From: Eledone cirrhosa
Lineage: Eukaryota
Reading direction: 5' to 3'
Assembly (NCBI GenBank): GCA_964016885.1
Contig: OZ024752.1
Location: 32,178,001 to 32,242,000 of the forward strand
Length of the DNA stretch: 64,000 nucleotides
Translations under genes and position numbers: made by a program
In this document: piece by piece, positions 56,778-64,000 of the stretch
How the letters are laid out: every line of letters begins with the position of its first letter
Position numbering within the stretch: the stretch's first letter is position 1
The notes under the pieces: generated by a model
Seen by the model: only the letters and a program-made list of their open reading frames with translations
Database searches by the model: none
What the model was told of the DNA's origin: nothing

Positions 56778-57130
56778 AAATAATGAATAAAAACAAAGAA
56801 ACAGTTCCTTATATTAAAAAAATTCATCATTTTACGATCGTTTCTAGGATATATGTTTGTGTTGGTATGTATATCATATAGATCTATGTAAAATTTTTAC
56901 AAACTATCAGAGGGAATATACATACCTACACATATATATGCTGTCTTCAGAAATAATTATTTCTGAAGACAGCATATATATGTGTAGGTATGTATATTCC
57001 CTCTGATAGTTTGTAAAAATTTTACATAGATCTATATGATATACATACCAACACAAACATATATCCTAGAAACGATCGTAAAATGAATTTGTTAATATAA
57101 GGAACTGTTTCTTTGTTTTTATTATTTTTA
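56778..57130. repeat. Loopless palindrome, ~175-bp arms
   Basis: Centre GAAATAA|TTATTTC at 56956/56957. Confidence 0.9.
56959..57084 (+). ncRNA. Type I hammerhead ribozyme with ~100-nt helix II (mirror copy 56829-56954 on -)
   Basis: attt-CTGAAGA-[atatatgtgt/acac..catatat; ggtatgtatat/atatacatacc]-GAAA-cgatcg-TA-aaat. Confidence 0.65.
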
Positions 57131-57164
<34 letters not shown>

Positions 57165-58159
57165 TGAGAGAGAGAGAGAGAGAGATGTATATAGATATAT
57201 TCTTGATTGTGACGAATGGACAGGGTCGTTAGAGAGCCGAATAAAATGTCTTGTACTATTCTTTCCGGTTCTCTGCGCTCTGAGTTCAAATACCGTCGAA
57301 GTCAACTTTACCTTTCATCCTTCCAGGAATCAATAAATAAAAATGGTAGATTGGCGCTTAGTAGAATTGTTAGAACTTCAGACAAAACGTTTTGCGGTAT
57401 TTTTCTAACTCTTTCATTCTGAGTTCAAATTCTGCCTAAAAAGAAAGTCTGTCTCTAGACCGGAGGTTCATCAGGCTGGTGTTTATTCCGGTTTCCGTGG
57501 CGTTAAATGACTGAGAGTACAAAAGTCCATCCCTCTGGACACGACGCCAGTCCATCGCAGAATTGAATTCCCCAGCTATTGCTGGTATTTATTTTCAACT
57601 GAGTATATTCGAACAACGTGAAATGAAGTGATTTACTCAAGAGACACAACACACAACCCAGTCCAGGAATGAAACCCACGACAATTTGGAGGTAAGTCCA
57701 ACCCCCTTACCACTACGTCACGCATCTAAAAAAAAAAGAGAAGAAAAATATCAACACCTCTAACAAAAGGCATCGTGGGCAAAATAAATATCCAAAACAA
57801 TCTCAGTACCAAATAACTGGTCCTAAGTGGGGTGTATGTGGAGGCGTGTGGCCTAATAGTAAGGGTGTTCGACTTACGATCATAATGTCGTGGCTTCAAT
57901 TCCTGACCAAAACTCTTCATTTCAGTATACTTACTCCAGTATACTTAGCTGAAAAAAAAAAATGAGTTTAAGCCTGCGTTGGACTGGTGTCCTGTCCAGT
58001 GGGAAGTCTTGTACTCAGTCGCTTCACGCCACAAAAACTGGGATAAGCACCAGACTGGTGAGCCTCCGGGTTGGAAATAGACTTTAGAAACGGAGTAGAA
58101 GGCTGGAGCTACATAATCTTTTTATAGCATATTTTATACTATTATATTTTATTTACTCA

Positions 58160-59039
58160 GGGGCGGTGGATTGGCAGTATCGGTAGAGGGTCGGACGCCA
58201 TGCTTTCCAGCATAGTTACGTCCCTTTACGATCTGAGTTCAAATCCCGCCGAGGTTGACTTTGCCTTTCATCCTTACGGGGTCGATAAAATAAAGTACCA
58301 GTAATGCACTGGGTAATTGCTGGCCTTGTACCTAACGTAGAAACAATTATATTTTATTTACTCATTCAGTATCTTGCTAGATCCTTCCTTGCAAGTATCG
58401 GCCTCACTTTTCTTGTCATAACTCCGACACAGTTATATATTATTTTACATTATCAGAACTCTTCATAGCTTATTGTGATTCTTTATTTAGTCTCTAGTCA
58501 GACCTGATCGATTAAACCTGTAATCTAAGATGCTGCAGCCGTCATTATCCCGTCAGCTTTTATTGATATTTTTTAAGTTTTTACTACGATATATATATAA
58601 TGGCTGCAAACTCTGCTAAGAGTATTGCAATCGCTTGTCAGATTAGAGTTCGGTGCACTTTTAGGCTACCGTCAGCCACATAAACCTTTAACATATCCTG
58701 AACAAGCAATGCCTGGACTTTGAAGGTTTTTTTAAGTGGGGAAAGGTCTTGCACTCGACCAACCCTACTCTCTGAGCATCGAAAACACTACCTGAAAAGG
58801 GGAACTGGTCAACATCATCAGATGCTTCCAAAACCACACGTTTTTTTTGTTTTTTTTCTCAGAGTTTCCCTCTCTTAGAAAGGTGTTGTGACAACTCGGG
58901 GCCTTTCACTCCCAGGTGAAAATAAAGTACTATTTGGATGGCTGTTGACTCTGGTGAGTTCCTCTGTCAGGTCTCGTATTTCATCCCGCTGGGTGTCCAA
59001 ATATCACCCTCCTCACCAAGCAAGCTTGGTGGGGTTGCT

Positions 59040-59080
<41 letters not shown>

Positions 59081-59655
59081 TACGCTCAAAAAACGCACAC
59101 GCACTCATATTATTATTATTTTTATTATTATTAATCCCGCCGTGGTTGACTTTGCCTTTCGTCCTTACGGGGTCGATAAAATAAAGTACTAGTCACGCAC
59201 TGGGGTCGATTTAATCGACTTTCCCCTCCCCCAAAATTGGTGGCCTTGTGCCTATATAAGAAACCATTATTATTATTATGGATTGACAGTATCGGTAGAG
59301 GGTCGGACGCCATGCTTTGACGCATAGTTACGGCCCTTTCCATTCTGAGTTCAAATCCCGCCGAGGTTGACTTTGCCTTTCATCCTTACAGGGTCGATAA
59401 AATAAAGTACCAGTAATGCACTGGGTAATTGCTGGCTTTGTGCCTAAAGTAGAAACAATTATTATTATGGATTGACAGTATCGGTAGAGGGTCGGACGCC
59501 ATGCTTTGACGCGTAGAGTTACGGCCCTTTCCATTCTGAGTTCAAATCCCGCCGAGGTTAACTTTGCCTTTCATCCTTACGGGGTCGATAAAATAAAGTA
59601 CCAGTAATGCACTGGGGTAATTGCTGGCCTTCTGCCAAAAGTAGAAACAATTATT
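58160..59655 (+). mobile_element. SINE family A copies (58160-58350, 59133-59270, 59278-59462, 59468-59655) with an intervening RTE-like 5' fragment on - (~58745-59045)
   Basis: Consensus matches. Confidence 0.8.
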
Positions 59656-60695
59656 ATATATATATATACTCTTTTACCTGTTCCAGCCATCCGGCTGAGG
59701 CCATGCTGGCGCACTACATACACATGTGTGTGTGTGTGTGTGGTTAAAGGTTAGTGCCCGACGGCTGAGCTTACGCTGTTGAAACGGCGTTGGACCCTAA
59801 CCTTTAATTATATATACACTCTACTTTCCCAAGTATCGTGTACCAAGCTGAATGTGGTCTCTCAATAAAAATATATATATAGCACCCCAAACACTTAAAT
59901 TGGGTTTATACTAACATATAACCTAATGTTTGTTGAGTGAGATGGTTACCAGTCGGAGTTTAGCTTTAAGCTATCTCTGTTATTGTATTAAATTAATTAT
60001 ATATATATATATTTATTCAGGCTGAGAGGTCACTGGTTGTCGGTGAGTGTTTGTTGAGAGTTGATGTGTGGAAGACATTCTTATCATGCAATCGGTATAT
60101 ATAAAATCACGTGAATTAGTTACAAATTGACTGAGGTTTTCTTGAATGAAAAAAACTATCACTACTTCACATTATCCTCTTACTATTCCCCGCAACCAAA
60201 TATTTGCTGTGTAGCATTTATTCAACTATCTGCTTAATGTTTTACAGCTTTATCAACACGCACACGCGCACACGCGCACGCGCACACGCACACGCACACA
60301 CACACACACACACACACGTACGTACGTACGTACGTTTAGAAATGTTTATGTATGTATTTATTTAGATATATAAAATGTGGGTACTAATAAATTACTAGTG
60401 CTAAGGGTGTTGGATTTACGATCATAACGTCGTGGGTTCGATTCCTGGGTTCTGTTGTGTTCCTGAGCAAAACACTTCATTTCATATTGCTCCTGTATAC
60501 TCAGCTGAAAATGAGTACCAGCAATAGCTGGGGGTTTAACCCTGTGTGGAGGCTTGCTCCTGTATACTCAGCTGAAAATGAGTACCAGCAATAGCAGGGG
60601 ATTTAACCCTGTGTGGAGGCTTGCTCCAGTATACTCAACTGAAAATGAGTACCAGCAATAGCCGGGGATTTAAGTCCACGGGACGAGTTTGGTAG

Positions 60696-60826
60696 AAGTA
60701 GTTCCACAACAGTTAATTCACCATACCGAGAACAAATGTTTCACCGTATGCGGATTCAGACCGCGCTGAGGATCCGCATAAGGTGAAACATTTGTTCTCG
60801 AAGGTGAACTAACAGGCGTGGAACTA

Positions 60827-60830
<4 letters not shown>
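60696..60830. mobile_element. Fold-back with HHR 60762-60800(+)
   Basis: cgcg-CTGAGGA-tccgcataaggt-GAAA-catttg-TT-ctcg preceded by an inverted copy of its 3' half. Confidence 0.65.
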
Positions 60831-60865
<35 letters not shown>

Positions 60866-61131
60866 CAGCGAGAATCGTATTTCGGCTGGTAGAAAGAGCG
60901 AAACGAAACGCAAAATCGTAGAAATGCTGGTAAGCGCTCAATAGTTAAAAAAACTAGAGCCAAACAATATATATATATATGAGAGAGGAGTTAGTTAGTT
61001 CCACAACGATACACAAGTTGAAGAATCCTTCGGGTGAAACGCGTGTTCTCAAGTATGGTTTGTAGAACTAACTATGTCGAACTGAGTGCTCTACCAACTT
61101 TGGATATAACCTCCCGTTTTTTTTTTATCAC

Positions 61132-61165
<34 letters not shown>

Positions 61166-61330
61166 TTAAGGATACTATTTATGGTTATGTATATAATAAA
61201 ACCTTATATAGTTATATATATTTTAAACCCTAAATAGTGGAAGACAGTAATTCATTACTATCTTATTACCAGTAAGATAAATAGCTCAATTGTAAGCAAA
61301 TAAATGATTTAAACTGAACTTTGATTCATG

Positions 61331-61422
<92 letters not shown>

Positions 61423-61713
61423 GAAAAGAGTCAGGACCCCGAAGGCTGAGCTCCGACCGTTTCGACAGTTAGATCCGAACTCACCCACTTGTACAGTGGC
61501 GGCTGAGTTCGGATCTAGCTGTCGAAACGGTCGGGGTTCTGATTCTTTTCCTGTTACCCACTCTACTACCCATAGTATTGAGTACTCTGGTTCATTATGG
61601 TGTACCTGGTATCTTACCACACCCTCTTTGTTAATATATATATAAAGTTTATCGGGGGTAACCACAGTAAGGTACTCAATACATAGCAGAGTATAAATAT
61701 TTAATATAGAAAG

Positions 61714-61760
61714 GCTTCTACAGGACTAGAACTGTCATTCGGTAGAAATCATCAGGAAGC
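61714..61760 (-). ncRNA. Degenerate HHR of the 27336 family
   Basis: gcttc-CTGATGA..GA(AA deleted)cag..ctgTA-gaagc; compensatory change in stem I. Confidence 0.5.
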
Positions 61761-61875
61761 AGCTGTCCAAGTAATATGGTGATATTTATATCAGCATGGT
61801 ATCTTGGTGATGGTTAAGAGGAGGACAAAGAGTGCTAAAAGATAACACGGGTAGAATATATATATATATATATAA

Positions 61876-61913
61876 CGAGCTGAGGATCCGCTAAGGTGAA
61901 ACAATTGTTCTCG
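61876..61913 (+). ncRNA. Minimal type I hammerhead ribozyme
   Basis: cgag-CTGAGGA-tccgctaaggt-GAAA-caattg-TT-ctcg; palindromic helix III ACAATTGT; between (TA)n tracts. Confidence 0.7.
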
Positions 61914-61941
61914 GTATGGTGAACTAACCGTTGTGTAACCA

Positions 61942-61986
<45 letters not shown>

Positions 61987-63216
61987 CACCTGTGTATACC
62001 TATAGATTTTTTTTTTTTTTCTAAATAAAAACAAATTAACATTCATCAAACGAAACCAAAGAGAAAAAAAAAACTGAAATAACAAATAACCTCAATATAG
62101 TCATATTTTAAAAACAACAAAAACACATACTACAGGCGAAAAAAAATATTGTTTATTGTTATTACTGCAGCTGCTACTAAAGGTTTCGTTATATCTAACG
62201 ATGGTTTTTATTGATATAATTTACGTTACCTTGAATTGTGTGTGTATTTGTAAGAACTGTGTGGTTTTTTCTGGAATAAGGTACAATATATAACTATAGG
62301 CATAGTGAAACATTACTGTAGGCTTCATAGAATCATAAGTGAAATAAAATATCGTTCAGTTTTACAGGTTTTTACATTGAAAATAATATCGATTTTTCTA
62401 TTAACATAGCTTCAGACTTGTTGGAAGGGTGGTAGATTTTCCCTGTTTTTAATTTTATATTTCTTCTATTTTTTTTCCGTTTAATTCGTGTTGAAAGGTT
62501 AATTTCAATCTAGTTTCCTTTCTAGCAAGTTCGATAACAAATGTATGGGGAAAATATTACGGCTTATTCTGTTTTCATGAAGCTGTTGTTAGTTAGATGA
62601 AGTATGTCACAAAACACGGAGAGTTCCACCACCACCGTCTCTCACATAATCGGAAAAACTTCATTCGTATATAACTACATATTTTTACTTTTAGAATATT
62701 TTATGTTATGAAGGCGCATGGTTTCGTGGTTAAAACCTTATGCTTGCAATTGGGAGATTGTGAGTTCGATCCTAGGACAGTGATGTGTTGTGTCCTTGAG
62801 AAAGACACTTTATTTTGCGTTGCTCCAGTTTACTCGTCTGTAGAACTGAATTGCGATGTCACTGATGACAAATTGTATCGGCCTTTATCTTTCCCTTGGA
62901 CAACATCAGTGGCGTGGAGAGAAGAGTATTTCTCATACTGGTTGGTGAGATCAAACTTCGTGTAGCAGTTAAAGAACAGTCGATGCTTATTTTTTTTATA
63001 TCTTCAAGAATCAGGGTAACAAGAGTAGTTATCTGTAGCGAGAGGTTCTCATACTCCCATTTCTGACATTTTTATTTCACGAAGTAGACGAAGTTTCACA
63101 ATGAAGTCAATAATTCTTAATTGAAGTTTGCGACTAAGTGGGTTTTTTTATAGCTGGAAGGTGTTGGATGGACGCACAAGGGTTGCGTATACTGAGACTC
63201 CAAAGAGGGCCTAGAA

Positions 63217-64000
63217 GGAAGCAAACGTTAGCAATTGACAACTAGAAACGTTGCGGCCTTTACAGGTAAGGAGCAGGAACCAGTTGATGAGGTCAGATAC
63301 TACAGGCTAGATATAGTCAGGGTTTCCTCAACAAAGATCCCATGGCTTTGGTACTGTAGATTTGGATGTAGGGTGGAAACTCTACTACCAGGTCTGGTGC
63401 CTGAAAGGACTTCACGGGTGGGATTGGGGACACTTGCACGTCTACGACTGTCGGAATGTCTTATGGAATACATTCTAGTGGGAGGGAGGATTTGGTTGAA
63501 AGAAAGGTCTCCGAGGGTGGTGCAAGTTTATGCACCAAACAAAGAGTCCGAATATAGACCCTTCCTTGATGAAGTCACTGCAGTGTTAGATGTAGTTAAG
63601 ACTGAGTCATATATCCTAATGGAAAATTTCGATACATATGTTGATACTGACCACCTGACATGGAAAGGAGTGATTGGAGAGAACAAGGAATCTAAAGGTG
63701 AATGGAGAAGCCTTATTAGACTTCTGTTCTAATAATGGGCTATCTATTATAAACACCTTTCGTTAGCCCAAAGACATCCATAAATATATATGGTATAAGG
63801 GAAATCGAGGACTGAAATCAGAAATTGATTTTTTTTTTATTGTCTCTTTGGTTCTGTACTGTATCTTCGTGTTATGAGAGGGGCTGGGTTGTCAAATGAT
63901 CACCATCTAGTTATCTGCAACCTGAGATTAAAAATTCTAGAAAACTGGCAGCTCCAGCTCGACCTACAGGAAAAAGTAGGAAGCGCTGGCTGATTAGGAG
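63217..64000 (+). pseudogene. RTE-clade LINE apurinic-like endonuclease domain, decayed; runs off the window
   Basis: Motifs TRNV..GKEQE..DEV..YRLDIV.VSSTK, VVQVYAP, ENFDTYV, NGLSIINTF, KSEIDF, SNDHHLV with frameshifts and stops. Confidence 0.85.

Overview
AT-rich, microsatellite-dense eukaryotic genomic DNA. The SINE repertoire and (TA)n/(CA)n load suggest an octopod cephalopod, but that is inference. Only one host gene is supported: a TMEM272-like transmembrane protein on the + strand, with a 60-nt exon at 14419-14478 and a terminal exon at 30125-30555 separated by a ~15.6 kb intron. Its upstream exon(s) were not found. Almost all other ORFs in the track are microsatellite or SINE artefacts. 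The rest is mobile DNA: several tRNA-derived SINE families, MITEs (hAT, mariner/pogo-like), RTE- and RLE-type LINE fragments, a decayed Penelope-like GIY-YIG fragment and four minisatellite arrays. The main hidden signal is more than a dozen type I hammerhead ribozyme (HHR) folds (stem I-CUGANGA-stem II-GAAA-stem III-UH-stem I) from about ten unrelated sequence families. Most sit in (TA)n tracts, and many lie in long fold-back palindromes whose axis is at or near the ribozyme core. Three stand out: a canonical HHR bracketed by a 37-bp inverted repeat whose other arm is expanded into a ~27-copy array, an HHR inside a 335-bp direct-repeat (retrozyme-like) unit, and an HHR with a ~100-nt helix II. 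All folds were assigned by eye, and none has been tested for cleavage.
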